DNA of 64,000 bases from assembly GCA_964016885.1 (NCBI GenBank), contig OZ024742.1, positions 350,052,001 through 350,116,000 of the forward strand. The letters are read 5' to 3'. Positions 17,891 through 30,544 of the stretch are shown here, piece after piece. Source of the stretch: Eledone cirrhosa. Its lineage: Eukaryota. A program made the translations under genes and the position numbers. Each line of letters starts with the position of its first letter. Within the stretch, counting starts at the first letter, position 1. The notes beneath the pieces are model-generated. The model was not told the origin of the DNA. It did not search any database and was given only the letters and a program-made list of their open reading frames with translations.

Positions 17891-18341
17891 ACAGCTCTAA
17901 TACAATATAGTCCATAGATCGAGATGTCTTAAATAGTAGTGTGTACTGAATTTTCTCATCATTAACGAGCTCCGTCAAAATATTACAGTCATGATATGAG
18001 AGACGGTACGACTAAAAGGTGGTGTACTAAAAGGTGGTGTACTAACATAGATGAGGTCATCATGTAAACATAACAGAGAATAGAAGAGAAAAACAAATCT
18101 GTAACACGATAGTACACACACATATACACATACACACATACACACGGACACACACATACACACACATACACACGGACACACACATACACACAGATACACA
18201 CATACACACATATACACACAGAAGCATACATACACATATAGACACCTACATACACACACATACGCACACATGCACACATACACACACATACACACAGACA
18301 TATATAAAGATAACATATATCTATATCTATCTATCTATCTA

Positions 18342-18432
<91 letters not shown>

Positions 18433-18789
18433 GCATAACAGTTCATTAAGACAAAGCATCAAACAATTCACATTAACTCAGGGAAACAACAGTAAAAAAC
18501 TACATTCCTGTTTTATATACTACGTTATATTTCATATATATTTCATACAAATTTCAAGTATTGTTTATAAAAGCCTTTTATAACAATGTGTATTATATGA
18601 ATCCTCGTTTGTTTTTTGCTTTTCCATTACTAACAAAACAAATATTTAAATAAAAGGAATTGTTGTAAATATAAATTGTAAAAAAATAGTTTTTATTTAT
18701 ATATTTCATATGAAACATAGTTGATTAGATGTAGATATAAAATGTACTTAAAATATTATGTGTTAAATAATTGTTCCTACGTTTGGCAT

Positions 18790-18975
18790 ATAATTGTTTC
18801 TACATTTGGCACAAGGCCAGCAATTACTCAGTACATTACTGGTACTTTATTTTATCGACCCCGTAAGGATGAAAGGCAAAGTTACCTCGGCAGGATTTGA
18901 ACTCAGATCGTAAGGGGACGTAACTATGCTGGAAAGCATGGCGTCCGACCCTCTACCGATACTGCCAATTCACGG
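18790..18975 (-). mobile_element. tRNA-derived SINE (main family)
   Basis: Full-length similarity to the 40315-40505 copy, with a duplicated 3' tail at 18765-18790. Confidence 0.85.
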
Positions 18976-19254
18976 CCCTTGGCTCACAATGTTGGTGGAT
19001 TGGTAGAAGTGTTAGAATATCAGACAAAAGATTGGGCAGAATCAAGTTAAGGAACTTGACGTTCTCAGTTCGAATCATTCCCGGGTCGACATTGCTTTTT
19101 GTCCTACCGCAGTCAATAAATTATATAACAGTTACATAACACACACATATTATATATAATATATATACATATATATATATACAGGCATACATTTATACAT
19201 ATATACTTACATATATGTATACATATGTAAATATATATATATATGTAGATATAT

Positions 19255-19460
19255 ATATGAAAAGATTCAGGACCCCGACAGCTGAGCTCCGGCTGTTTCG
19301 ACATCTAGATCCAGACTAAAGCCTTTATTTCGGATCTAGCTGTCGAAACAGCCGGAGCTCAGCTGTCGGGGTCCTGGATCTTTTCATATTACTCACTCTA
19401 CTATTCCAAGTATTGAATACTCTAGTGGGTTGTGGTCCACCTGGTTTTTACCACATCCAA

Positions 19461-19468
<8 letters not shown>
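19255..19468 (+). mobile_element. Short fold-back element (family X, diverged subfamily) with hammerhead 3' half
   Basis: Inverted repeat 19255-19389 plus one-sided tail to ~19468. GAAAC-AGC-cggagctca-GCT-GTC at 19345-19367. (TA)n on both flanks. Confidence 0.8.
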
Positions 19469-19530
<62 letters not shown>

Positions 19531-19538
19531 TTATTTAT

Positions 19539-19782
19539 TTAGTTATGTAATAAACAACATAAGATAATTATTTCATTTACCAGTTGTTTCTTGAAGTCAG
19601 ATGTTGTGGCTGTCTTCAAGAAACCACTGGTAAATGAAATAATTATCTTGTTGTTTATTGCATAACTAATAAGCTGTGTAGCCTACAAAGAGCACTCCTT
19701 TTTGAATATATATATATATATTCAATATTGTTTATTACATAACTAATAAGCTCTGTAACCTACATAGAGCACTCTTTTTTGA

Positions 19783-19786
<4 letters not shown>
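19539..19786 (+). mobile_element. Short fold-back element (separate family) with duplicated tail
   Basis: Inverted repeat 19539-19669. GAAACCACTGGTA at 19620. Tail to ~19708, repeated at ~19727-19786. (TA)n flanks. Confidence 0.7.
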
Positions 19787-19811
<25 letters not shown>

Positions 19812-19815
<4 letters not shown>

Positions 19816-20023
19816 ACGAAGGAAATGTGGTAAGGAACCAGATGGACCATAACGCACCAAAGTACTCAATACTTAGGGTAGTAGAGTGGGTAATAGGAAC
19901 AAGTATGACCCCGACGGCAGAGCTCAAGCCGTTTCGACGGCGAATTCTGGACGGTTAATTCTAGTCCAGAATTAGCCGTCGAAACAGCTTGAGCTCTGCC
20001 GTCGGGGTCATACTTGTTCCTAT
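19812..20023 (-). mobile_element. Short fold-back element (family X)
   Basis: Inverted repeat 19893-20023 with the tail on the left (19812-19892). Both arms carry GAAAC-(A/G)GC-ttgagctct-GCC-GTC. Confidence 0.85.
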
Positions 20024-20044
20024 ATATATATATATACATAGAAA

Positions 20045-20215
20045 TATCACATAAGAAACGGAGAATCAGTGGTGCGACGAATAAGATTTATTAGACATAT
20101 TACAATTGTTTTCTGGCAACCAGCTCGAGGCACGATCGATGCAATGATCAAACCTGACTCTGAAATCGCAAGGTCCTCAGATATGTCACGATTCTACGAA
20201 GTAGAGTTTCCAATT
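20045..20215 (-). repeat. Dispersed repeat homologous to 52015-52190 (opposite orientation)
   Basis: Shared CCAGCTCGAGGCACGATCGATG...ACCTGACTCTGAAA..GCAAGGTC.TCAGATA block. Confidence 0.7.
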
Positions 20216-20738
20216 GTCCAGTTACACCCGATGCCTTCGCTCGGCAGCTTAGATCCTATTTTTTTCATTTTATGAGTGGTCAAAAATTGTACGCGTCATC
20301 CGTATTTTTGGCCACTCACAGCCGTCGTATATCTGATTCTTTTCAATTGCCTCATGTCAATCAAAGTTGTTTCTTATATCGGTATTACTATTGTAGTGGG
20401 TAAGGGATTGTATGATCGAACCGGTCACGTCTTGTCGCAGCTCTACCGGCCCGTACGCTCCCACGCCCATGTCCATGTATCGCGCAGGCGTGTTAGGTAT
20501 GGGTACTCATACACCCACACCAATCAGATACACACCCGCAACGGTCTCCTATGCGACAATCACAGTCAATATTAAATATTAAATGTGTATCGAATACTTG
20601 GAAAGAAAAAGCATTTAAAAAAACATTTAAAAAGACATTCGTACCCCAGCATGGCCTCAGCCGGATGGCTGAAACAGGTAAAAGAGTATATATATATATA
20701 TAAATATATATATAAATATATATATATATAGAAATATA

Positions 20739-20903
<165 letters not shown>

Positions 20904-20975
20904 GAAAAGCACAGAAATTGCTGTAGCGAGAAGCTAACAGTATTCCATAACATATATATATATATATATATATAT

Positions 20976-21170
20976 ATAGGAAAAAGTATGACCCCGACGG
21001 CACAGCTCAAGCCGTTTCGACGGCTATTTCTGGACGGAAATACCCGTCGAAACGGCTTGAGCTCTGCCGTTGGGTCATACTTTTTCCTATTCCCCACTCT
21101 ACTACCCTAAGTATTGAATACTCTGGTGCGTTATGGTCCATCTGGTTCCTTGCACAATTCCTTTGTTATA
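20976..21170 (+). mobile_element. Short fold-back element (family X)
   Basis: Inverted repeat 20976-21090 with apex GACGGCTATTTC-tggacg-GAAATACCCGTC. GAAAC at 21049. Tail to 21170. (TA)n on both sides. Confidence 0.85.
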
Positions 21171-21532
21171 TATATATATATATATATATACATATACAAG
21201 TTTATCCCGGGTTCAATCTGGGGCAACCACAGTAAGTAAGGTACTCAATACAAAGCAGAGTATAAGTGAACCTTAAAAATCCGGAGTGGCGCCCCCAGTT
21301 TGAACTTGTCTATAGAATTCTTTCTGCTTTTGTTACTCTAAATATAGTTTATAAAGAATTCCCTTTTCTTTTAACCCATCAACCAATGACCTCCACCCAT
21401 CCCAATCACCACCCTCTCCTACCACCAGAAAAGATATAAATAGCACCATCTGACTTGGACAGCTGTTTCCTGATAATTTCTCCCGAATGAAACAGTTCTA
21501 GTCCTGTAGAAGCCTTCTCTCTCTCTCTCTCT

Positions 21533-21620
<88 letters not shown>

Positions 21621-21812
21621 TCAGAGCAAACAGCACGGACACTCTATCTCAAAATTATTTTTGAAAAGCATTTAGAAATGCGCAACCGGTAAAAACTTAA
21701 AAACTTAAAACCACAACTGAATACTAACCCATACAATCACTAATACTCTTTTATTCCTAATTAAACCATTTTTCAACTGTGAACAATTTGTCAGCATTTT
21801 CTATTCCGTTTA

Positions 21813-21880
<68 letters not shown>

Positions 21881-21959
21881 AAAATGGAACGGGAACAAAA
21901 CGGAGAGGCAGTACAAACAAAGGTTTATTAGTTTCACGCTCTTGAGAATGTGGGGGGGG

Positions 21960-21995
21960 GGCGTTTCGGGCATAAGCCCTTCTTCAGGAGAAAGG
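21960..21995 (-). ncRNA. Partial hammerhead core in a probable pLTR remnant
   Basis: Minus strand CTGAAGA-AGGGC-ttat-GCCC-GAAAC. Stem III and the cleavage triplet are disrupted by a poly-C run. Confidence 0.45.
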
Positions 21996-22584
21996 TGGGT
22001 GGGAAGAGAGTTCCGAGGGGGTGTGTGGGAGTGGTGGATAGACATTTAGAAAAAAGGGGAGGAGGGACGAAAAACGGTGGAAGGGGTACATATAAAAATA
22101 AAAATAAACATTAAGATAAACAAGTGGTGGAAGGATGTGGGGCGTGTAGGGGTGGTGGCGGGTGGAGTGGGGAGAGGGAGGCGGGGTGTCCGAGCGGGGA
22201 GGGCTGAAGGTGGTGTTTGTGTATGTGTGTAGGTGTACGTGTGTGTGTGTGTGTCTATGTGAATGTGAGAGTGGAGGGAAGAACGAGGTTCCATGTTCAG
22301 GAAAATGTGTGTGTGTGGGGTGGGGTGTAAGTCGGTATGTGCGCGCGCGCGTAGATGGGGAGGGGGGATATATATATATTTATTAAAATAACAGATTAAA
22401 GTTTAAGCAAATAATCGCAGGCTTTCACCCTTAACGGGGTCTTCTGAAACTAAAAAAATCAATCCTTGAACGCAGAAGTAAATATTTCGAAAAACGTTGC
22501 AACCGAAGGAAAACAGGAAGACGATACTTTGGTTCGTAAAGACGATTTACTTATGTGTGTGTATGTGTGTGTATATATATATAT

Positions 22585-23517
22585 AGTACATTATGAAGAG
22601 AGAAGAAACATTAGATATAATAAGTAATAAGATATATCATACCTATCTTGTTCTTCAGTCCCCGACTACGTAGTTTCGTAGCATATTATGCAAAAACACT
22701 TGATCATAGAGATATAGAGTTTTTGTGAGGTTCTGCCGACTTATCAAGGGGATACCTCATTAAGGATTTCAAAACACGTCTGCAATGCGCGAGATAGAAT
22801 CTCGAAAAGGCAGAGGGAGAGTCAATCACGTGATACAGCGGTCAAGAAACAGAGCTAAGCCCCTTATAACCCTGAAAAAAATACTACAGAGGCGGAGGGG
22901 TATTCATATCAAAGCCGTAGAAGAGGTGGTTTGAGGAGGCGAGAAGTATGAGTAATGGTAGCTATCCAGCAGTCACTACACTTCAAAGGTTACTCGACCA
23001 AAGGGAGTTATAAACAATATATAGAGAGAAACACACAGATACATGCGGACACATACATATACGTGAATATATCCACATATATCCCTGTGTTAGTGGTGCC
23101 AACCTCAACCGAAATAAATACCCCCTCCGCCTCCGTGGTATTTTTTCAGGGTTATAAGGGGCTTAGCTCTGTTTCTTGACCGCTGTATCACGTGATTGAC
23201 GCTCCCTCCGCCTTTTCGAGATTCTATCTCGCGCATTGCAGACGTGTTTTGAAATGCTTAATGAGGTATCTCCTTGATAAGTCGGCAGAACCTAACAAAT
23301 ACTCTATATCTCTATGATCTAGTGTTTTTGCATAATATGCCACGAAACTACGTAGTCGGAGACTGAAGAACCAGCTAGGTATGATATATCTTATTACTAA
23401 TTATATCTAATGTTTCTTCTCTCTTCATAATGTACTTTATAGCTCTGATACTGAATCAGTCTAATCCATTCGGATACCTCTGTCCTAGTTATTCATAGAG
23501 CAACATCAGGGATATAT
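22585..23517 (+). mobile_element. Inverted-repeat element (320-bp arms, 212-bp spacer, one-sided tail), probable PLE pLTR derivative
   Basis: Arms at 22585-22904 and 23117-23436. The left arm abuts (TA)n. GAAAC-TACGTA-GTC at 23344-23357. Confidence 0.8.
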
Positions 23518-23577
23518 GTGGATATATTTATGTCTATGTATGTGTCCGCATGTATCTGTATGTTTCTCTCTATATAT

Positions 23578-23652
<75 letters not shown>

Positions 23653-24190
23653 ATACTTGGGGAGGGTCATATTTGCGTAATATTGCCAGAATTAATAACA
23701 GAACACACTCACTGTTTGGTTGGTTTTCGCTTCTCGCTGTCTTTTATATCTGCGATCTAACTTACTCGGTCCTCAATGTTGCCATTGACTGACCGACGGT
23801 CAAAAACAATACAGATATAATATAGACACAAACACATATATATAGTTTACATAATTTACATAAATCTTTCGTTGCACATCTGCAACATCGTCAGTGGTGT
23901 TATATTCTTTTTTTTTTTTTTTTTTTCCTCCTGTTGTGTTGTATGTCTACGCCATTTTTTTTATTCAGTCTGTCTATATATTTATTTATTTATTTGCTTG
24001 TTTGTTTATTTTATTTTATTTTGTCTACTTTGCGCATGCGTTTGCGTGTGTGTATAGTGTTATGTGTGCTGTGTGACTAGTGTGTATAGTGTTGTGTCTG
24101 CTCGGTGACTAGTGTGTGTTTATGTGCTTGTTGTTATTGTGCTTGTGTATGTATTTATTTATCTTATTTTATTTTATTTTATTTACTTAT

Positions 24191-25638
24191 TTATACTTCT
24201 CTTAGGTCAGTGTTGTTTGTTTGGGTGTTGTTGTTGTTCCACTCATTCTTTCTGTTTAGCTTTGGTCTTCTAATTTCTATTTCACTGGCCTCTCTGATTT
24301 GCCTATCTGCTGGGTCATTCCTATGTTTAGATATTATTCTAATTTCTATGTTGTCTATGTTACCGTCATGTTGTTGTCTAGCATGTTCGTATAGTACTGA
24401 CCCGTTTTTTCGTCCTTTTAGTTCCCCCCAGTGTTGGTCTATCCTTTCACCTATGCTACGAGCTGTGTCACCTATGTATGTTGTTTTCATGTTTCTGCAA
24501 GTACCCTCTGTACATCTTATGCTATAGACTACGTTTCTAGTTTTACAGTTTATCCGGGGGTTCACCTTACATATGATACATTTCCTATTGGTACAGTGGG
24601 TTTTCTTAAAAGGGTAGGTTTTGCTGATCAGGGATTTTATGGTGGTTCCTGGCTTTTCTACCACCTTTATTTTTAAGTGGGTCTTTCTCAGGGCCTTTCT
24701 ACACTGGTTAGCTGATTTCCCTCCAGGGGTGGCGTCCACAAACATGACACTCTGATATCTCTGGTTGTCGTACCATGATGTGGCCTTCCCTATCTTATGT
24801 CTAGCCCTATCTAAGCTATTCCATGATTTGCTCCTGTATAGTGGGCAAATTCCTTTCATGTCCAGTTCTATGAGGGTCTTATACTTTTCCATGGCTCCTT
24901 CGTATACTCTGACTCTGTCTCTTTGGTTGTAGCCAGAGAACTGCATGCGGTTGATAAAGTGTTGGATGTGTCTTTCCATTTCTGTTGGGTCGCACATGCT
25001 GGACACATTCTTCATCACTCGTACCAAATCTGCGATCAGAATATTAAACTTAGCACTACTGGACATTGCTGAGTTTTTGAATATCAGGTATTTGGAGGCC
25101 ATGGGTTTAGCATAGTGTGAGTGGAGAATTTGGGCTCTCTCGTCTATAGTGTTAATCCAGAGTTCTGTGTCTAATACAGGTAGTCTATTGTTAGGGTGTT
25201 TGGAAGGGAAGTCGATAGTTACAGTTATACTCTGGTGTATGGAATTAGCTATCTGCTGGATGCTTTCCATCGTGCTACGTTCTAAATCAAACTTGTTAGT
25301 GCTCTCTAGTGGAGGTGTTTTTATAACTATATTGATATCGTCTACATAACGAGAGTACATGATGAGGTCTATGGAGCTTTCATTAAGGAGATCTTTAAAT
25401 GTCCTTTCCCACCATACCATGAAAAGGTTGGCAACATCACCAGCTATGCTGACGCCGATGGCTGCTCCCTCATTTTGGGTGTAGATTTTCTCATTGAACT
25501 TAAATATGTGGCCCTTTAGGGTAGTTTTGATACTATCGCCTATTGCATGTGCGACCATTTTTCTTACCTGATCAGTGTTTTGGGGGGTCCGTATAGCTTT
25601 GGTCCACCCAATCCACCTTCCTATGGGAGTCTTTTTTG
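24191..25638 (-). pseudogene. PLE RT (C-terminal part) + GIY-YIG endonuclease, 5'-truncated, open to its stop codon
   Basis: YTQNEGAAIG, RYVDDI, LPVLDTELW, Cys linker CTNRKCIIC, NVVYSIRC...TYIGDTARS. The listed N-terminus (MFWGV...) is antisense read-through across the apex. Confidence 0.92.
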
Positions 25639-27149
25639 ACCTTAGATGTTTCTGCCCTAGTAGACCTATAAGAGGTAGACCCCCCACCATAACCTCAATG
25701 GCAAAAAAGACTCCCATAGGAAGGTGGATTGGATGGACCAAAGCTATACGGACCCCCCAAAACACTGATCAGGTAAGAAAAATGGTCGCACATGCAATAG
25801 GGGATAGTATCAAAACTACCCTAAAGGGCCACATATTTAAGTTCAATGAGAAAATCTACACCCAAAATGAGGGAGCAGCCATCGGCGTCAGCATAGCTGG
25901 TGATGTTGCCAACCTTTTCATGGTATGGTGGGAAAGGAGACTTAAAAATCTTCTTAATGAAAGCTCCATAGACCTCATCATGTACTCTCGTTATGTAGAC
26001 GATATCAATATAGTTATAAGAACACCCCCACTAGAGAGCACTAACAAGTTTGATTTAGAACGTAGCACGATGGAAAGCATCCAGCAGATAGCTAATTCCA
26101 TACACCAGAGTATAACTGTAACTATCGACTTCCCTTCCAAACACCCTAACAATAGACTACCTGTATTAGACACAGAACTCCGGATTAACACTATAGACGA
26201 GAGAGCCCAAATTCTCCACTCACACTATGCTAAACCCATGGCCTCCAAATACCTGATACTCAAAAATTCAGCAATGTCTAGTAGTGCTAAGTTTAATATT
26301 CTGATCGCAGATTTGGTACGAGTGATGAAGAATGTGTCCAGCATGTGCGACCCAACAGAAATGGAAAGACACATCCAACACTTCATCAACCGCATGCAGT
26401 TCTCTGGCTACAACCAAAGAGACAGAGTCAGAATATACGAAGGAGCCATGGAAAAGTATAAGAGCCTCATAGAACTGGACATGAAAGGAATTTGCCCACT
26501 ATACAGGAGCAAATCATGGAATAGCTTAGATAGGGCTAGACATAAGATAGGGAAGGCCACATCATGGTACGACAACCAGAGATATCAGAGTGTCATGTTT
26601 GTGGACGCCACCCTTGGAGGAAAATTGGCTAACCAGTGTAGAAAGGCCCTGAGAAAGACCCACTTAAAAATAAAGGTGGTAGAAAAGCCAGGAACCACCA
26701 TAAAATCCCTGATCAGCAAAACCTACCCTTTTAAGAAAACCCACTGTACCAATAGGAAATGTATCATATGTAAGGTGAACCCCCGGATAAACTGTAAAAC
26801 TAGAAACGTAGTCTATAGCATAAGATGTACAGAGGGTACTTGCAGAAACATGAAAACAACATACATAGGTGACACAGCTCGTAGCATAGGTGAAAGGATA
26901 GACCAACACTGGGGGGAACTAAAATGACGAAAAAACGGGTCAGTACTATACGAACATGCTAGACAACAACATGACGGTAACATAGACAACATAGAAATTA
27001 GAATAATATCTAAACATAGGAATGACCCAGCAGATAGGCAAATCAGAGAGGCCAGTGAAATAGAAATTAGAAGACCAAAGCTAAACAGAAAGAATGAGTG
27101 GAACAACAACAACACCTAAACAAACAACACTGACCTAAGAGAAGTATAA
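25639..27149 (+). pseudogene. PLE RT + GIY-YIG, 5'-truncated, premature TGA at 26925-26927
   Basis: Mirror of the left arm with a GGA/TGA difference. The reading frame extends through the spacer (CPSRPIRGRPPTITS). The end coordinate is approximate, from the mirrored stop. Confidence 0.92.
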
Positions 27150-27436
27150 ATAAGTAAATAAAATAAAATAAAATAAGATAAATAAATACATACACAAGCA
27201 CAATAACAACAAGCACATAAACACACACTAGTCACCCAGCAGACACAACACTATACACACTAGTCACACAGCACACATAATACTATACACACACGCAAAC
27301 GCATGCGCAAAGAAGACAAAATAAAATAAAATAAACAAACAAGCAAATAAATAAATAAATATATAGACCGACTGAATATAAAAAATGGCGTAGATATACA
27401 ACACAACAGGAGGAAAAAAAAAAAAAAAAGAATATA

Positions 27437-27480
27437 ACACCACTGACGATGTTGCAGATGTGCAACGAAAGATTTATGTA
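27437..27480 (+). ncRNA. Minimal hammerhead-like motif in PLE 3' UTR (mirror copy at ~23858-23900, minus)
   Basis: CTGACGA-TGTTGCA-gatg-TGCAAC-GAAA-GATTTA. Stems I and III are weak. Confidence 0.6.
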
Positions 27481-28379
27481 AATTATGTAAACTATATATA
27501 TGTGTTTGTGTCTATATTATATCTGTATTATTTTTGACCGTCGGTCAGTCAATGGCAACATTGAGGACCGAGTAAGTTAGATCGCAGATATAAAAGACAG
27601 CGAGAAGCGAAAACCAACCAAACAGTGAGTGTGTTCTGTTATTAATTCTGGCAATATTACGCAAATATGACCCTCCCCAAGTATAACAATATCTGTTTCG
27701 ACACACGATTTCATATAAAAAACCTCGCTAAACTAATTCATCGCCGCTATATATATATATATATATACACAAGTAAATGGCTGTAAGCTTAAGGAGTTCG
27801 TTAAAATTGTGTGGCTTTCTTCATTCCAAGAAACGATAATTAATGCAACATTCCATGTTGGTGTCGTCGGAGTTTTGGTTTTGATACCTTGTGGTGTTTG
27901 TTTCGATTCTTGGCGTTCGGTCTTCATTACTCGCTATGACATGTCTTAGTGGAATATTTATTCTTTCACCCGCAATAACAACAATATCTTGCACCCGTGT
28001 AAGTGTAGCAGTTCCTTTCTATTGCAAGCATCCGAGTCACATTTTGTAGCTCACACCGCTGCAAGTTTAGTCGACTTTCTACAAGGTTGTACCTTATACG
28101 ATGTTTCTAGAATGTTTTCATTATAGGGATTCCACTCCTATCATGAAAAGTAAACTGAAATAAAACGTCTGGTTCAACAATACAACCTGTGCACCTCTCT
28201 GATCCAGGGATCAAACCCACATTCCTGAGTCCAACACGCTAACCACCGGGTGACAGGCCTTCACTTAAAAAACACCGAGAAAATCATCTTCTCATTGGAG
28301 TATATTTAGCAATATATATATATTGTGGATCGTGATGGTTTAGCCGAATTATATATATCCCTATATTGCGTAGTTGACA

Positions 28380-28600
28380 TCATAGGTGCTGGAGTAACAA
28401 TATTGATAGAACATGGAACAAAATACTTAGCAGTATTTGTTTCGGCTCTTTACGTTCTGAGTTCAAATCCTACTTAGTTCAACTCACCTTTCATCCTTCC
28501 CAGGTCGGTCAAATATAATACAAATCAAGTACTGAGATCGATGTAATCGACTTTCCGTGCCCCGCCCAAAAGTGCTGGCATTGTGCCGAAGTTAGAAATC
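28380..28600 (+). mobile_element. tRNA-derived SINE (main family, diverged)
   Basis: CTGAGTTCAAATCC...CCTTTCATCCTTCC.AGGTCG core and GCTGGCATTGTGCC tail. Confidence 0.7.
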
Positions 28601-29253
28601 ATAATATACAATGTAGGTCCTTTATTTTATCAACCTTGCCACCTTAAAGGATCATGGGTACTGCTATTTCTTCTAACTAAGCAATAAATACAAAGAGTGG
28701 ATCATATCGTTTGTCTTTCCCCCTGTCCAGTCGACATTAATTAGAGTTTATTAGATAGCAGATGACTTTCTTCAGAGTGTCTCTATTCCGTAATTGATCT
28801 TGGGCAGATATCAGAAGCTTCTATCTTTGCTCCTATACATCTCTGTTAAGCGTCTTCATGTCACCGCCCGACTCTACATAAACTGGCATGTTTTCGTTTA
28901 TCTCTAATTCTAATTGTTCTTTATGTTACCTTATTATATTGAACGTTATCCCTATCAAAGTTGGCAGCAGATGCTACACAAGTGAGTAATAACTCAGCAG
29001 AATTTGCAAGACATAAATATAGATTTTTGCTTGCATTCGTTACACATTACTAAACATTAGTTCGACTCTAACCGCACTAGATGTTAGATAGCCGATGGAT
29101 AGATAAACGAAGTTTGGCCATACCATAATATTCCCAGTAGACTTGGTTAATATATCTAGTATCACTTTTCTACAATATTTTCATAATCATCCTTTATCCT
29201 ACAACTGCAACTTACTACCGATTAATTCAATTACTAAGTTTGCAAGCATAGAA

Positions 29254-29303
<50 letters not shown>

Positions 29304-29802
29304 TCACTTATGTATATATATATATGTGTGTGTGTATATGTATGTATGTATATATATATATATACATACATACATATACACACACATATATATATACAGA
29401 TATATAAAAAAATATGTATATAATATTTTATGTATAATACATTGCGCACATTACTCACACATATATGTATTTTCTGTCAGGTGACCAATTTGGAAAAGCC
29501 GATTGGGAGTTGTGCATTAATTTCGGTTCTCTGCACTCTGAGTTCATACCCCGCTAAAGTGAGGGAGGGCCAAGAGGGTGTTTGTACAACCTGGGTACCT
29601 AAAATCCTTAGGTAACGCAGGCAATCTATTACCGATTTATATGCTCCATCGTCAATATCGGTTAGTGTCTAATATATATATATATATTTATATATATAAT
29701 ATAAGAGGTGAGTTTTATTGTAGAGCAATAAAGCAAAGCAAATATGTTGATTAGACACTACCTTCTTAACAAGAGTTTTTTAAGCGTCATATACTGCCTC
29801 CC

Positions 29803-29873
29803 TATTTTATCTGATGAGAACGCAAATATCGTTCCTGGAAGATATTTGTTTTTGAAATACGCATAATAAAATA
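29803..29873 (+). ncRNA. Minimal type I hammerhead ribozyme within a short pLTR fragment (29700-29910)
   Basis: TATTTTAT-CTGATGA-stem II (GCAAATATC/GATATTTGT)-GAAAT-ACGC-ATA-ATAAAATA, with a perfect 8-bp stem I. Confidence 0.85.
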
Positions 29874-30063
29874 TATGGAACTTTTTTAACCATTTTTTAA
29901 TTTCTTCTTATATATATATATATATATATATATGCAAAAGTTTTATTTAAATTGTTGGGATACAACAAGCAAATATTTTTATAACTGATATAAAGCACTC
30001 GACAAATATTTGGAGTAGATATACGATATTAATAAATGGAAACTATATTTATAAAACCGTATT

Positions 30064-30128
30064 TATTTCATTATATATATTTCAAGGATACCAAGTTACA
30101 TTATAGTATGCCTTCATCAGACAAAATA
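30064..30128 (-). ncRNA. Minimal type I hammerhead in 3' pLTR
   Basis: Minus strand TATTTTGT-CTGATGA-AGGCATAC...GGTATCCTT-GAAAT-ATAT-ATA-ATGAAATA. Confidence 0.8.
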
Positions 30129-30544
30129 CAATATATAACAGTTTTATAAATAGACATTGACGTACCCCTTTAAAAATTGACCGTTACTTTTGGAGGCCAT
30201 CAGGATAGTGATTTGTTTACTTTAGTAAGTCATAGTGTTAAGAGTAAGTAAAAAGATGGAGAGAGAGAGAGAGAAACGTTGAGAAAAGAAAGGGAGAGAT
30301 AGATAAAGAAAAAGAGAACAGAGGAAAAATAACGGGGAGATATCAAACCATCAGACAGAGAAAAAATCCAGAGAGAGATATATAGAGATAGAGAGAGGGG
30401 GGAGAGAACGAAAACCTTAAGTTATGTCATATTAAGTTGAGTTAACAGTTGGGATGAAAAGCATAAATAAAATTAGAAATATTTATATTCATGAATGGAA
30501 TATAGATATATAATATGAGAAATTACACATTGTTTAATTATGAT

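Larger units (their letters stand above)
23645..27750. mobile_element. Head-to-head palindromic pair of 5'-truncated Penelope-like elements (Neptune-like)
   Basis: Arms 23645-25638 and 25702-27692, spacer 63 bp. The right arm has an extra ~56-nt tail. (TA)n on both sides. Confidence 0.95.

Noticed and set aside
25575-25765. Shared N-terminus MFWGVRIALVHPIHLPMGVFF of the two PLE ORFs
   Set aside because: Antisense read-through across the palindrome apex, not a real start.
26925-26927. In-frame TGA as selenocysteine (as in Naiad PLEs)
   Set aside because: The mirror arm has Gly (GGA), not Cys, and the endonuclease is C-terminal, so a point mutation is simpler.
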